The notes below the pieces were generated by a model. That model was given only the letters and a program-made list of their open reading frames with translations, was not told the origin of the DNA and did no database searches. Positions 1 to 15,495 of a DNA stretch of 64,000 nucleotides are shown here, piece after piece (the stretch's first letter is position 1; every line of letters starts with the position of its first letter). This DNA is from Eledone cirrhosa (lineage: Eukaryota): contig OZ024760.1 of assembly GCA_964016885.1 (NCBI GenBank), positions 28,024,001-28,088,000 on the forward strand. Reading direction: 5' to 3'. The position numbers and the translations under genes were made by a program.

Positions 1-249
1 GTGTATATGTGTGTGTGTATGTATATATATGTGTGTGTGTGTGTGTATGTATGTGTGTGTCTATGTATATATGTGTGTGTGTGTGTATGTATATATGTGT
101 GTGTGTGTGTATGTATATATATATGTGTGTGTATGTATATATGTGAATGTGCGTGTATGTATGTATATATATACACACATATGCATACATAGATATATAC
201 ATACACTTATACACACATATGTATATATACATATATGTATGAACATATA

Positions 250-293
<44 letters not shown>

Positions 294-327
294 TACATGT
301 ATATATATCTACTACTATATATATATA

Positions 328-395
328 CTACCCTAAGTATTGAGTACTCTGGTGCGTTATGGTCCATCTGGTTCCTTACCACAACTCCTTCGTTA
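328..395 (+). mobile_element. Tail fragment of a small TA-inserted repeat family (also 12403-12558, 25428-25521, part at 4311-4345)
   Basis: ccctaagtattgagtact..gcgttatggtcca..ggttccttaccaca..ccttcgttat recurs at 25458-25521 and, reversed, at 12403-12470. Confidence 0.6.
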
Positions 396-1136
396 TCTGT
401 ATATATATAAAGATGAAGTTTTCTGTGTGTGTGTGTGTGTGTGAGGACAATTTTTAATGAGGGCTTATATATTCTAAACCATTCATGCGATTTCTTTGAA
501 ATTTTTTACAGTGCTTCTTGCACAAAACCTGTACATGATCTAAAAAGGCTTTCAAAAATCGATATTGGAGCCTTTGGAGACATTAAAAAAGTTTCGGTTA
601 CTTGTGTCAATTTTCGTGATTAAGTAAGACAATAGTTATCTTTCGTCAATACAATAAGAACTCATTTTTGATGACGTTGACTGTTCTCGAGTTGGTAATC
701 CTGAGAACCTATTTATTTATGCTCTTGACGGGAAAACCAAAATGTTGTGAATAAATCTGCTTTTCAATAATCCAAAAGACAATGGGTGCTCCCACCCAAC
801 ATCCACCTCTTTTTATAACGATTTGTTCATCCATCAGTTCCCCCCTGTTATGTCCAATCTGTGTTGTTATTCCAACAAATGTACACAATAGTGTCTATTA
901 TTCACTTCACTTCTCTATTTCATGATGAGCTTTAACTGTTGTCAAACAAATGTATACCAACACTGAGTTTCTCTTGTTACATGGGATAACGGATGACACC
1001 GAGCTCACATATTAATTATTTCGCTGGAATAGTGCCTAAGGTTTTCATGTTTACATAAAGTACGTTTTTCTTCTATGTATTCAAATTTACTTTGTTTAGT
1101 TTACTTGAACCGCCCTAAGGACGGGTACTTTAGCTA

Positions 1137-1137
<1 letters not shown>
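396..1137 (+). mobile_element. Non-autonomous Helitron
   Basis: Starts A|TC (395|396) and ends CTAG|T (1134-1138) after a GC-rich imperfect hairpin (ccgccctaaggacggg). 673-769 reads DVDCSRVGNPENLFIYALDGKTK/NVVNKS, matching the RepHel helicase C-terminus (YVACSRVG...KTKNVVY). Confidence 0.75.
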
Positions 1138-2080
<943 letters not shown>

Positions 2081-2300
2081 CTGATGGTAGCTAAAATGCT
2101 GCCACAGGCGGTATGCCGGTTGAGCACTCTATGCTCTTACAGAATAGAATAGAAAACAAAAAATCAGTGATGCATCTGAACTCAATTTATTGTGTGTTAC
2201 AATTGTTTCGCCGGTGGACAGCTCGAGACGCGATCATTGTGTGGATCTGTCTGATATATTTGTATTTGAGCTCAGTTGAACATTCTCTGTTCTTCTTTGA

Positions 2301-2956
2301 GGTAATTACACTGGGTAATTGCTGGCCTTGTGCCTAAAGTAGAAACAATTATTATTGTAAAGTACCAGTAATACACTGGGGTAATTGCTGGCCTTGTGCC
2401 TAACGTAGAAACAATTATTAGAGGGTTGATAAAATAAAGTACCAGTAATACACTGAGGTAATTGCTTGCCTTGTGCCTAAAGTAGAAACAATTATTAGAG
2501 GGTTGATAAAATAAAGTACCAGTAATACACTGAGGTAATTGCTTGCCTTGTGCCTAAAGTAGAAACAATTATTAGAGGGTTGATAAAATAAAGTACCAGT
2601 AATACACTGAGGTAATTGCTGGCCTTGTGCCTAAAGTAGAAACAATTATTACAGGGTTGATAAAATAAAGTACCAGTAATACACTGAGTAATTGCTGGCC
2701 TTGTGCCTAAAGTAGAAACAATTATTAGAGGGTTGATAAAATAAAGTACCAGTAATACACTGAGGTAATTGCTGGCCTTGTGCCTAAAGTAGAAACAATT
2801 ATTAGAGGGTTGATAAAATAAAGTACCAGTAATACACTGAGGCAATTGCTGGCCTTGTGCCTAAAGTAGAAACAATTATTACAGGGTTGATAAAATAAAG
2901 TACCAGTAATACACTGAGTAATTGCTGGCCTTGTGCCTAAAGTAGAAACAATTATT
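2301..2956 (+). repeat. ~77-bp tandem repeat of a SINE 3' tail (7 full units plus partial ones)
   Basis: gggttgataaaataaagtaccagtaatacactg...gtagaaacaattatt starts near 2421, 2498, 2575, 2652, 2728, 2805 and 2882. The same sequence ends the SINEs at 22.5, 23.2 and 59.3 kb. Confidence 0.9.
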
Positions 2957-3040
2957 TTTACTGTCAACTGCGGAATACTCTAATTCCGATCCTCCTTGTA
3001 TATATATATATATATATATGTATACGTACATACATATATG

Positions 3041-3757
<717 letters not shown>

Positions 3758-4360
3758 ATGAAGCGGCGCCCTACCGCATGCCGTCTTCTTCAACCAGCCC
3801 TGACGCCGCCGGCAACGACGCGTCACGTTCTCGCGGGAAACATATATATATATAAGTATGTATACAGACATACAGTAGTATATATATATATAAATATAAG
3901 TAAGTATATGTACATGCATATATGTATACAGACATACAGTAGTATGTATATATATACATACATACACACATATATAAATGTACGTATGAATTTACCGAAC
4001 ATTTATTATAATGCTCGGGTTGTTTGTAAACAAACAGCCCGAATTAAGCCGTACAGTGTTCGGCAACCATCGTTGTCCTTTGGTTCAACACTGACAAAGG
4101 AACGATGAACTAGTTTCTAGCTTATTAGCTGTTATCAGCACTGTATACCTTCCTGTCAGTTGATTGAACGTTTGAAAGTATATACTTTTCTTATGCATAT
4201 TAACCGCTGAGCAGCCTAATTTGCATATCGTGTGAGTTAGTCGGCCGGGCGTACCGAAAACGATAAACATATATATATATATATATACATATATATATAG
4301 GAAAATGTTTGACCCCGACGGCAGAGCTCAAGCCGTTTCGATGGCTATATATATATATAT

Positions 4361-4423
<63 letters not shown>

Positions 4424-4425
4424 TA

Positions 4426-4541
<116 letters not shown>

Positions 4542-4684
4542 CACACACACAAATATGTACATATATAAATATTTATATGTGTGTGTATATATAATTTTGA
4601 AATCTATTAAGTGTCCACTCTTAATATATATTCCTTGATTGAATTAGTTTTGGGTTTGGTTTTGTTATCTTATCTCTTGTCGCG

Positions 4685-5895
4685 ATGGTGTTGTTGATGG
4701 TGGTGGTGCTGGTTGTGGTGATGGTGTTGGTAGTGATGGTGTTGGTGGTGGTGGTGTTGTTGACGGTGGTGGTGGTGATGGTGGTGGTGGTGGATATGAT
4801 GATGATTGTGATGGTGGTGTTGGTGGTGATGGTGTTGTTGACGGTGGTGGTGATGGTGTTGGTGGTGGAGGTGTTGTTGACGGTGGTGGTGGTGTTGTTG
4901 ATGGTGGTGGTGGTGGTGATGGTGGTGGTGGTGTATATGATGATGATTGTGATGGTGGTGTTGGTGGTGATGGTGTTGTTGACGGTGCTGGTGGTGGTGA
5001 TGGTGTTGGTGGTGGAGGTGTTGTTGACGGTGGTGGTGGTGTTGTTGATGGTGGTGGTGGTGGTGGTGGTGGTGGATATGGTGATGATTGTGATGGTGGT
5101 GTTGGTGGTGATGGTGTTGTTGACGGTGCTGGTGGTGGTGATGGTGTTGGTGGTGGAGGTGTTGTTGACGGTGGTGGTGGTGTTGTTGGTGGTGGTGGTG
5201 GTGGTGGTGGTGGTGGTGGTGGTGGATATGATGATGATTGTGATGGTGGTGTTGGTGGTGATGGTGTTGTTGACGGTGCTGGTGGTGGTGATGGTGTTGG
5301 TGGTGGAGGTGTTGTTGACGGTGGTGGTGGTGTTGTTGGTGGTGGTGGTGGTGGTGGTGGTGGATATGATGATGATTGTGATGGTGGTGTTGGTGGTGAT
5401 GGTGTTGTTGACGGTGCTGGTGGTGGTGATGGTGTTGGTGGTGGAGGTGTTGTTGACGGTGGTGGTGGTGTTGGTGGTGGTGGTGGTGGTGGTGGTGGTG
5501 GTGGTGGATATGATGATGATTGTGATGGTGGTGTTGGTGGCAGTGATGGTGGTGGTGGTGGTGATGGTGATGGTGGTGATGATGGTGGTGATGGTGATGA
5601 TGATGATGATGTTGATGATGATGGTGGTGTTGGATATGATGATGATGGTGATGATGGTGATGATGGTGATGATGATGATGATGATGATCACCATCATCAT
5701 CAATAACATCTTCAGTATCATCACTGATATTACAAATCGTCATTATCGAAGACCTAATCATATTTATTTACCACCACCACCACCGCCAACAACAACAATT
5801 TCACCACCACTACCAACAACAACACCACCAACAACAATTTCACCACCACCACCACCACCACCTTCACCACCACTACCACCGCCACCACCACCACC
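4685..5895. repeat. (GGT/GAT)n trinucleotide repeat with a ~130-150-bp higher-order unit, followed by (CCA)n
   Basis: The landmark ggatatgatgatgattgtgatgg recurs, e.g. at ~4792, 5224, 5362 and 5506. Confidence 0.9.
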
Positions 5896-6032
5896 TTTAT
5901 CGCACGATATTTTTTGTGTTTATTTTTGCTTCAGTTCAATTATTTTTTTTTATTAGTTACTATGGCAACAAGTAGGTTAATCAGACCAATATTTTCAGTG
6001 AAAATGAAATCACAGGCGAAATTACACGTTCA

Positions 6033-6151
<119 letters not shown>

Positions 6152-6467
6152 ATCACACATATACACATATATACAGGTACACGTGTGTATATATGTGTGT
6201 GTTATATATATATATGTGTGTGTGTGTGTATATATACGCACAGTCGCCAGCCTGGGACGGATTGTCAGGATGATCAGCAGTTAAGTCTGAAATGCATGAT
6301 CGAGGATTGTCCCCCTTGCTTCTGCTGGACACCACCAGAAGGCGTTAACCCTGGTGTGTTTTTTTGCATAGCTACTGCTTTAGAAACTCGAAATTTCCAG
6401 ACACAGACACACACACACACGGACACACACACAGACACACATACACGGACACACAGACACACACAGG

Positions 6468-6498
<31 letters not shown>

Positions 6499-6533
6499 AG
6501 AGAAAATTATTAAATTTTGTTTAATGCATTTAA

Positions 6534-6582
6534 TTGCTGACGATCGTTTCTTCCAGACAAATCTCTGGAATCATCCGGGCAT
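6534..6582 (-). ncRNA. Degenerate hammerhead ribozyme (core CGGAUGA)
   Basis: Minus strand: cc CGGATGA ttccaga gatttg tctggaa GAAA cgatcg TC agca. Confidence 0.5.
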
Positions 6583-6732
6583 ATGCAGTGTTAAAACAAG
6601 TAATTAAATTCCTAGTCTTTAGAGCATTTATTAAGATACATTATAATTAAAACTGGTAATTGGGTAATACAAAATATTAGCCTTTCTTATTTATAATTGT
6701 ATATAGATTATATATATATATATATGTATAAA

Positions 6733-6779
<47 letters not shown>

Positions 6780-6790
6780 GTATGTGTGTG

Positions 6791-6847
<57 letters not shown>

Positions 6848-6930
6848 AGTTAATAAATAAAACAAACAAAAGAGAGGAGGCAACTTTATACAGTTACATT
6901 AGGTTCACGCATGGTAGAAGTGGAGGAGGA

Positions 6931-6964
6931 TTCAACGTTTCGGACAGAAGTCCTTCTTCAGGAA
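6931..6964 (-). ncRNA. Minimal type I hammerhead ribozyme
   Basis: Minus strand: ttc CTGAAGA aggac ttct gtcc GAAA cg TT gaa. Stem III is the palindrome ACGU. Confidence 0.6.
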
Positions 6965-7607
6965 AGTTCGGATAAGGAGAGAACAGAAACACGTAAGATA
7001 TTATAAGCCACCACCATCATTACACTACCATCATCACCACCACTTTCTTTTCTCTCTCTTTTTCTTAGTTTCTTTCTTTTACTTTCCCTCTCTTTCTTTC
7101 TCTTTCTTTCTCTCTCGCTCTCTCTCTCTCTCATTCTCTCTCTTCTTTTTATTCTTTGTTTTTCTTGTATCTTTCTTTCCCCCCATCCCGTTCTTTCTCT
7201 CCCTCTCTCCCACTCTCCCTCTCTCCCAATCTCCCTCTCCCCCCTCTCTTTCTCACTTCATTAATCTAACATTTTCTATAAACATTTCGACATTTAAAAA
7301 AAACGTTCATTTTTTTTTTTATTTCTCATTCACAAATATTTATACTTGTGACTGTCATATTCCTTGAGGCATTCCATCACACATAGACACACATACATAT
7401 ACACATACATACATATACACATACATACATGCACACACATACATACATATGCACGCACACACACACAGACTTACATACATACACAAATACATACACAAAC
7501 ATACATACATAACGACACTTACATATACACACATACATACACTCATTCATTCACTCTCTCACTCACTCACTCTCTCTCTCTCTCTCTCTCTCTCACTCAC
7601 TCACTCA

Positions 7608-7638
<31 letters not shown>

Positions 7639-7734
7639 ATATACAAAAGACAAACAGAAATAACAAAGCAAACAACACAGTACAATGGGGAAATATATTA
7701 TTAATTTTACGCTTGATATAGTAGGAAAAGAGTG

Positions 7735-7766
7735 TTAACGTTTCGGAGGCTAGTCCTTCATCAGAA
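7735..7766 (-). ncRNA. Minimal type I hammerhead ribozyme
   Basis: Minus strand: tt CTGATGA agga ctagcc tcc GAAA cg TT aa. Same family as 43489-43524. Confidence 0.6.
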
Positions 7767-8063
7767 ATTAGAATAAGAAAGAATGAAAAATAGAAAGATT
7801 GAGGAGACAGGCAGAGTGGAAAGGGGAAAATATTTCTTTAGAGAAAAATAACAGGTCTATTGATGTTGCCATGTCTTGGAAAACTGATGATGTTCTGTGT
7901 ATGATATCCTTTTTTTGATAGGTGGGTGGTGAAGAGTCTCTCTCTCTCTTTCTCTCCCCCCCCCCCTCTCTCTCTCTCATATATATACTCATCCTTTTTC
8001 TTTTTAAAGGGATTTAAATCTCACTATCAGGCTAATTTCTACTAAATTTCAAACTTCGCTCGC

Positions 8064-8099
<36 letters not shown>

Positions 8100-8205
8100 T
8101 GTATGTTTAATTAAAAAAAAAAAAGAAGACCTTGCGCTATCATTTTTAAAGTAGTGACTATGTCAATTACTTCTTTTTTTTTTTTCGGCAAAAGAAAGAA
8201 GAGAA

Positions 8206-8244
8206 GCTGACAGTCTGTTTCACTCTTTTGGTGATCATCAGAGC
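8206..8244 (-). ncRNA. Minimal type I hammerhead ribozyme
   Basis: Minus strand: gct CTGATGA tcaccaaaagagt GAAA cagactg TC agc. GUC cleavage triplet and a 3-bp stem I. Confidence 0.6.
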
Positions 8245-8392
8245 AAAGTACTCTCCGCCTTTGTCGAAAATCATAGAAGCTGGATTCTTATAGAATTCCA
8301 GTAATAATCAGGAGCTGATTATACAGAGCGATTGCCGGTCCAGCAAAAACTTGGTATTATATATATATATGTGTGTGTGTGTATGTATACTG

Positions 8393-8445
<53 letters not shown>

Positions 8446-8446
<1 letters not shown>

Positions 8447-8869
8447 AAAGTTTTATTTAAAATTGTTGGGTTACAACAAGTAAATATTTTATAACCGATA
8501 TAAAGCACTCGACAAGTTTTTGGAGTAGATATACGATAGTAAACAAATGGAAACTATATTTATAAAACCATATTTATTTCATTATACATATTTCAGGGAT
8601 ACCATATTAAAAATATGGCATGCCTTCGTCAGATAAAATACAATATATAAACTGTTTTATAAATAATTTTGACGTACCATAAATATAAGCGACCATTAAG
8701 GTAGGAAGCTCGCTTATATTTATGGTACGTCAAAATTATTCATAAAACAGTTTATATATTGTATTTTATCTGACGAAGGCATGCCATATTTTTAATATGG
8801 TATCCCTGAAATATGTATAATGAAATAAATATGGTTTTATAAATATAGTTTCCATTTGTTTACTATCGT

Positions 8870-8872
<3 letters not shown>
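8446..8872. mobile_element. Fold-back mini Penelope/Naiad element with a hammerhead in each arm
   Basis: 163-bp inverted arms (8530-8692 and 8710-8872) plus an unpaired tail (8446-8529). Clearly homologous to 38570-38790. Core CTGACGA-stem II-GAAA-tatgta-TA at ~8770-8820. Flanked by (TA)n. Confidence 0.8.
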
Positions 8873-8914
<42 letters not shown>

Positions 8915-9955
8915 GTTATGTTTGTGTGTTTAAATATCCTGGTTATATTTATGAATGTTTTTGTATTAACAAAATTCGATATTGTTTCTCCGGACTCAAG
9001 TCTTGTGTGTGTATGTACATATATATATGTATATGTGTATATGTATGTACATATATATATATATATATATGTGTATGTATATATGTATGTACATACATAT
9101 ATACATACACATATATATATATGTACATATATATATATGTATGTATGTATGTATGTATATGTGTATGTATATATGTATGCATGTGTATGTTTATATATAT
9201 GTATGTATATGTGTATACATACATGTATCTACATATATATATGTATGTATATGTGTATGTATATGTGTTTACATATATGTATGTATATGTGTATGTATAT
9301 GTGTTTATATATGTGTGTGTGTTCATGTGTGTGTATAAATCTATATATATATTTATGTCCATGTCCATATGTGTGTGTGTATATATATATGTATATATAT
9401 ATATGTCCATGCACATATGTGTATATATATGTATATATATATGTCCATGCACATATGTGTATATATATATATATATATATGTCCATGCACACATGTGTGT
9501 GTGTATATATATATATATATACAGAGATTTATATATGTGTATATATATATGTCCATGCACATATGTGTATATATATATATATATGCCCATGCACATATGT
9601 GTGTGTGTATATATATCTATATATATATCTATATATATATATATGTCCATGCACATATGTGTGTGTATATATATATATATACACACACATATATACACAT
9701 ATCCTCATTAATGCAGATTCAGTAATGGGAAATGAGACAAAGAAGCCAGCATATCTTTACAGTGTTTTTCTATTATGGAATAAATAATTAGGTAACGATA
9801 TGAGGTAGAAGCTCAGACACGCTTGGCCGCACGCATGCGTACACGCACGCATGCATATGGCCACACATCTATGTACGCATGCGTGCGTGGGCTCACAGTT
9901 GTAAGCATGCTTTACAAAAACTCTCATTATAGCCAGCGTTAGGGATATATTCGTT

Positions 9956-10769
9956 ACACACAGACACACACGCATACACAGACACACGCGCATACACAGA
10001 CACACGCGCATACACAGACACACGCGCATACACAGACACACACGCATACACAGACACACGCGCATACAGACACACGCGCATACACAGACACACGCATACA
10101 CATACGCGCGGATACAGACACACACGCATACACAGACACATGCATACACAGACACACATGCATACACAGGCACACGCACACGCATACACAGACACACATG
10201 CATACAGACACACACGCATACAGACACACACGCATACACAGACACACGCATACACATACGCGCGGATACAGACACACACGCATACAGACACATGCATACA
10301 CAGGCACACGCACACGCATACACAGACACACATGCATACACAGACACACACGCATACACACACACACGCATACAGACACACACGCATACACACACACGCA
10401 TACACAGACAGACGCATACACAGACACACGCATACACAGACACACAGACACACGCATATACAGACATGCGCATACACAGGCACGCGCATACACAGACACA
10501 GACGCATACACAGACACACGCTTACATAGACACACGCATACATAGACACACATGCATACACATACGCGCGCATACACAGACACACACGCATACACAGACA
10601 CACGCGCATACAGACACACGCATACACAGACACACACGCATACACAGACCCACATATACAGACACACACACAGACACACGCACATAGACACATACACGCA
10701 GACACATACAGGCATACAAACACAGATATACACATACACACACACACCACACACATACACGCACGCGTG

Positions 10770-10801
<32 letters not shown>

Positions 10802-10830
10802 ATATATGCACACACCACACACCACACACA
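9956..10830. repeat. Degenerate CA-rich minisatellite (cagacacacgcataca)n
   Basis: Direct reading. Confidence 0.9.
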
Positions 10831-11194
10831 AGCGCGCTTGTGTATTTATGTATGTATATGTGTGTGTATATCTATCTATCTATCTATATATATAAATGCA
10901 TAAATAGGTGTATATATATATATATACGCACACACACACACATCTCTCTCTCTCTCTCATTCCCCCCCTCTCTCTCATTTCCCATCCCCCCCCCCTCTCT
11001 CTCTATATATATATATTCATATATACACACATATGTACATACACTCACACACGCACATATATATATAAATATATACACACCATATGCACTGGTGTCTGCT
11101 CATTTACTGTCTTACAAATTCCTGCAGCGACGCTACTCATTTTCAAAAATACTTTCTTGTTCTTTCTTGTAGTCTCTCTCTCTATATATATATA

Positions 11195-11266
<72 letters not shown>

Positions 11267-11480
11267 CACAACATATAATTAGAGAGAGAGAGGGGGAGAG
11301 ATATGTGAAGTGTACTTTATCTGAAAAAACCATTCATTGATATAATTTGTCAACTTAGTACAGTACAATACACTATAGTATAGTTAGTATAGAACAGTAC
11401 ACTGTAGTATAGTATAGTACGGTTTATTTTACATAAAAGCTTTTTCTTTGTTTGTACAACCAATACACTACAACTGTGTG

Positions 11481-11512
<32 letters not shown>

Positions 11513-11719
11513 CAAAATTTAGTACAGCATCATCGAAGCTCTGGTTGCAGCCAAGCTAACGAATGCAATCTCGGTGTGCAGCTAAGCACTCAATAAGGTA
11601 TATTACCTTAGAGTTATAACATTACGTTTAGACAGCGACCGATAGACGGGCCGCAGTGACCAAAGCGACGAAAAAAACTCAACTCAGGATTTAAAAATAT
11701 ATATATATATATATACATA

Positions 11720-12035
11720 TATATTATTCAAAATATTAATAAATAAAAAATATTCTCATAATCAAAATATATATTTTATTATAAATATTTCAAAGGTACA
11801 ATGGTGTTTAAGTACGTTTTCATCGGAAAACGTATTTAAATACCATTGTACCTTTGATATATGTATAATAAAATATATATTTTGATTATGAGAATATTTT
11901 TCATTTATTAATATTTTGAATAATATTAAATACTCCAGGAAAATTTTCTTGTCGAGTGCTTCCATGGAACGTTTTTCCTGTTCCGTATAACCATTACCAG
12001 TCCGAACTGAAGATCCGCATAATGTGAAACAATTA
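11720..12035 (+). mobile_element. Fold-back Penelope-like remnant with tail
   Basis: ~100-bp inverted arms centred on 11823 (11720-11927), then tactcc..gagtgctt (11931-11961) and a hammerhead-like core CTGAAGA..GAAA (12007-12029). Confidence 0.65.
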
Positions 12036-12173
12036 TTTTATGTTGCTCCTTCTACCTGGAGTTGCGACCGAAAGACAATATTAGCAATTAGAAAGACCAA
12101 GAACTCCTCTGTCCGATTTGACGAAAGTCGATCCACTGTCTGTATGTATAAAAGCTCTCTCTAGACAGTCGAA

Positions 12174-12354
12174 ACAATGTTTCCGTTGGTCTTTCCAATT
12201 GCTAATACTATCTATCGGTCGCAACTCCAGGTAGAAGGAGCAACGTTTAATAAAGTGTCTTGCTCAAGGACAACGCATCACCTGATCCGGGAATCGAACT
12301 CACAACCTCACGATTGCGAATCGAATTCTCTAACCACTCAACCACGCGCCTTCA
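12174..12354 (-). mobile_element. tRNA-headed SINE (family of 27654-27850)
   Basis: Reverse complement of 27654-27845, including the B-box-like gagttcgattccc. Confidence 0.75.
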
Positions 12355-12402
12355 CTTTCTAATATGTAGCCATGTAAACATGCTAGAATATATATATATA
12401 TA

Positions 12403-12553
12403 TAACGAAGGAAATGTGGTAAGGAACCATATGGACCATAACGCATCAAAGTACTCAATACTTAGGGTAGTAGAGTGGGTAATAGGAACGAGTAGGACCC
12501 CCAGAATTAGCCGTCGAAACGGCTTGAGCTCAGCCGTCGGGGTCCTACTCGTT

Positions 12554-12558
<5 letters not shown>
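12403..12558 (-). mobile_element. Small fold-back element in (TA)n
   Basis: taggaacgagtaggacccc / ggggtcctactcgttccta inverted pair plus an unpaired tail containing aagtactc..gagt. Confidence 0.65.
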
Positions 12559-12606
<48 letters not shown>

Positions 12607-12664
12607 TATTAAACAAATAATGAATAAACAAAGAAACAGTTCCTTATATTAAACAAAAAAAGTT

Positions 12665-12803
12665 CATTATTTTACGATCGTTTCTAGGACATATATGTGT
12701 TAGAATTGGTATGCATATTCAAAAGATCTATGTACAAAATTATGCAAACTATCAGAGAGAATATACATACCTTCACATATATATGCTGTCTTCAGAAATA
12801 ATG
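12665..12803 (-). ncRNA. Type I hammerhead with a ~100-nt stem II domain
   Basis: Minus strand: cattattt CTGAAGA [104 nt] GAAA cgatcg TA aaataatg. Perfect 8-bp stem I and palindromic stem III. Confidence 0.6.
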
Positions 12804-13059
12804 ATGCTTGTTTATTGATAATAACAATTCAAAATAATAGGTCTGTTTGGGAACAGATTTTAAATAGACCAATGAAATAAGGATTGAGATACATAAAAAT
12901 TTATCCAGAAAATACAGTTAGGTGTGTGTATATATGTATGTAAATACGCTCACAGATGTGCATAAAAGTGTATGCTCATATGTATACGTATGTTGAAAAA
13001 GTGTATGTAAATATAAAATTTTAGGGCTAATGTATCTGTATGTCTATAATCTACAGACA

Positions 13060-13097
<38 letters not shown>

Positions 13098-13747
13098 ATT
13101 ATAAATATATGGATATTGAGGCGCTCACATAAACACGCCCACACACACTTACATTTAGATGCGGAAGTAAAAGAGGTAAGGGAGTATAGTAATTAAAGGA
13201 AAGTGTCAATCTCGACATACTTATAAAAATGTATCAATAAAATTAGAAATAAAAAAATTTTTTTATATATTTTTTTAATAATTTGTTTTTAATAATTTAT
13301 CTTGACTCTGTATTCCGTTTATCTTTCACCGAAAGTGATTTTTGAATGCATCTCTTCTTTTCCTGATATCCGGATTACATTGAGTTCTTCATACGAATTG
13401 GACACTACCGTAAACTTTTGGTAGATTTATCTACATATATATATATATATATATTTATTTATATATTTATTTATTAAAATAACAGATTAAAGTTTAAGCA
13501 AAGAATCGCTGCTTTCACACTTAACGGGATCTTCTGAAACTAACAAAGTCAATCTGTGAACGCAGAAGTGAATATTTCGAAAAACGTTGCAACCGGAGGA
13601 AGACAGGAAGACGATACTTTGGTTCGTGGAAACGTTCCCTGGCAAAGAAAGGGAAAAAAAAACGAATAAAATACGTCATTATTTGGAGCGGTGAAAAACA
13701 ATTACACGCAAAGACAAAACCACGTTTATAGTATAAAAGAAGTCGTA

Positions 13748-13788
<41 letters not shown>

Positions 13789-13927
13789 ATACTTTGGGAG
13801 GGTCATGTTGCCAATAAGAAACACACGCACCAGTTGCCTTTCACTTCAATTTATTATAATAAATTTAGGAATTTATAAATTTCCGGTTGGTTGGTTGGTT
13901 CCACAACCAGATAGTTGTTTATATATT

Positions 13928-13970
13928 GTCAAAGTTCTTTCGGCACACATTCTGTGACCTCTTCAGTGAC
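13928..13970 (-). ncRNA. Minimal type I hammerhead ribozyme
   Basis: Minus strand: gtca CTGAAGA ggtcacagaatgtgtgcc GAAA gaac TT tgac. Confidence 0.6.
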
Positions 13971-14298
13971 TGGGTATTATTTTCTTTTCTTTTCTTTGTT
14001 TTTTGTGCCTCTCCTTTATATATATAAATAATGTTAAAGGGTTACTCGAAACCGATTCGGTAAAGGTAACCATAGTAAGTACAGTGAATTTTTTGAAATT
14101 TATTTTGAAACTTTTTCTTATTTGCTAAACCTTGATTATATATATATATATATATATATAATCATATGCTCGCACCAACCTGAGGTATACGATTTTTAAT
14201 GCGATGAAATACCAATGATGGTTGGCAAATCACTGACGAGGGACTAATTTTATAATATGTAACCCATGTGCAACCACGCAGTATTCCTCTTTCTTCTC

Positions 14299-14348
<50 letters not shown>

Positions 14349-14350
14349 AA

Positions 14351-14571
14351 CCCTTTAACATTTACATTACTCTATATATACTATTATATTTATACAGTAA
14401 ATACTTTACGTCACATAAGTATCTCACATAATATTGAATCTATGAGATTTTGATACTATTTATTTTGAGAACAATACCTTAACATCAGTATGAGTGGCCA
14501 GTTACAGTTGGTTTGAACAGAAAGAGGTGAGAGAATTCTGGCCAGATATGGCCGGTTTAAATGCTAAAGGC
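14351..14571. mobile_element. TTAA-flanked MITE (piggyBac-like ends)
   Basis: TTAA|ccctttaacatt ... aatgctaaaggc|TTAA, with imperfect short TIRs. Confidence 0.65.
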
Positions 14572-14752
14572 TTAAGTGAACCTTAAAAATCAGGAGTGGC
14601 ACCCCCAGGGTGAACTTGTCTATAGAATTCCTTCTGCCTTTGTTACTCCAAATATAGTTTTTAAAGAATTCCCTTTTCTTTAAACCCATCAACTAATGAC
14701 CTCCACCCATTCCAATCTCCATCCTCTCCTACCACCATATTACTTGGACAGT

Positions 14753-14805
14753 CGGCTTCCTGATGATTTCTCCCGAATGAAACAGTTCTAGTCCTGTAGA
14801 AGCCG
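14753..14805 (+). ncRNA. Complete type I hammerhead ribozyme
   Basis: cggcttc CTGATGA tttc tccc gaat GAA acag ttctagtc ctgt A gaagccg. 7-bp stem I, 4-bp stem III, GUA site. Confidence 0.75.
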
Positions 14806-14819
14806 TTTCTCTATATATA

Positions 14820-15070
14820 TAATTATTTCATTTAACAGTGATTTCTTGAAGGCAGATATTTATATCTGTCTTCAGTCGTGAGAATGAATAAATGTCATGG
14901 TGTTTTTATTAAATATGGATTTAATAAAAACACCGTGTCATTTATTCATTCTGACGACTGAAAACAGATATAAATATCTGCCTTCAAGAAATCACTGGTA
15001 AATGAAATAATTATCTTATGTTGTTTATTACATAACTAATAAGCTCTGTAGCCTACATAGAGCACACTTT
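14820..15070 (+). mobile_element. Fold-back Penelope-like remnant with a hammerhead-like core
   Basis: ~95-bp inverted arms (14820-15014), CTGACGA-long stem II-GAAA at 14951-14991, and tail hairpin gctc..gagcac (15043-15065). Confidence 0.65.
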
Positions 15071-15495
15071 TTTCCTGTACCTTTCCGACGGAAATACTAT
15101 CATCTCTGTAATCCTATCAAGACGTGACTCTGCCTGGGATTAACGTAACATTATATAATTACTTAAATTGACAGGATTAACACAGGACGAATGTCTCGAA
15201 TTTAACTCTTCCATTTTACGTTTACTAATTGGAGAAATCGGAGAATATTGCTTTGCTGAGCCTCGCTTTGCTTTGCTGAGCTATGCTTTGCTGAGCCATG
15301 TTTTACTTTTCTTTGCTGAGCCTCGCTTTGCTTTGTTTTACTGAGCCTAGCTTTGCTGAGCCTCAGGAGGAGTCTGAGTAAACAGGAAATAAACAGACGA
15401 TGTCCTAGAGCTGAGCCAGAGACGTGAGTTTGTCACTTGTTAGAAGACATCATGCTACATACTGTGAAAACTGTGCTCATTATCTGCAATCGAAT

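Noticed and set aside
4621-5956. His-rich, Thr-rich and Val-rich long ORFs
   Set aside because: Trinucleotide repeat open in multiple frames on both strands, with no unique domain.
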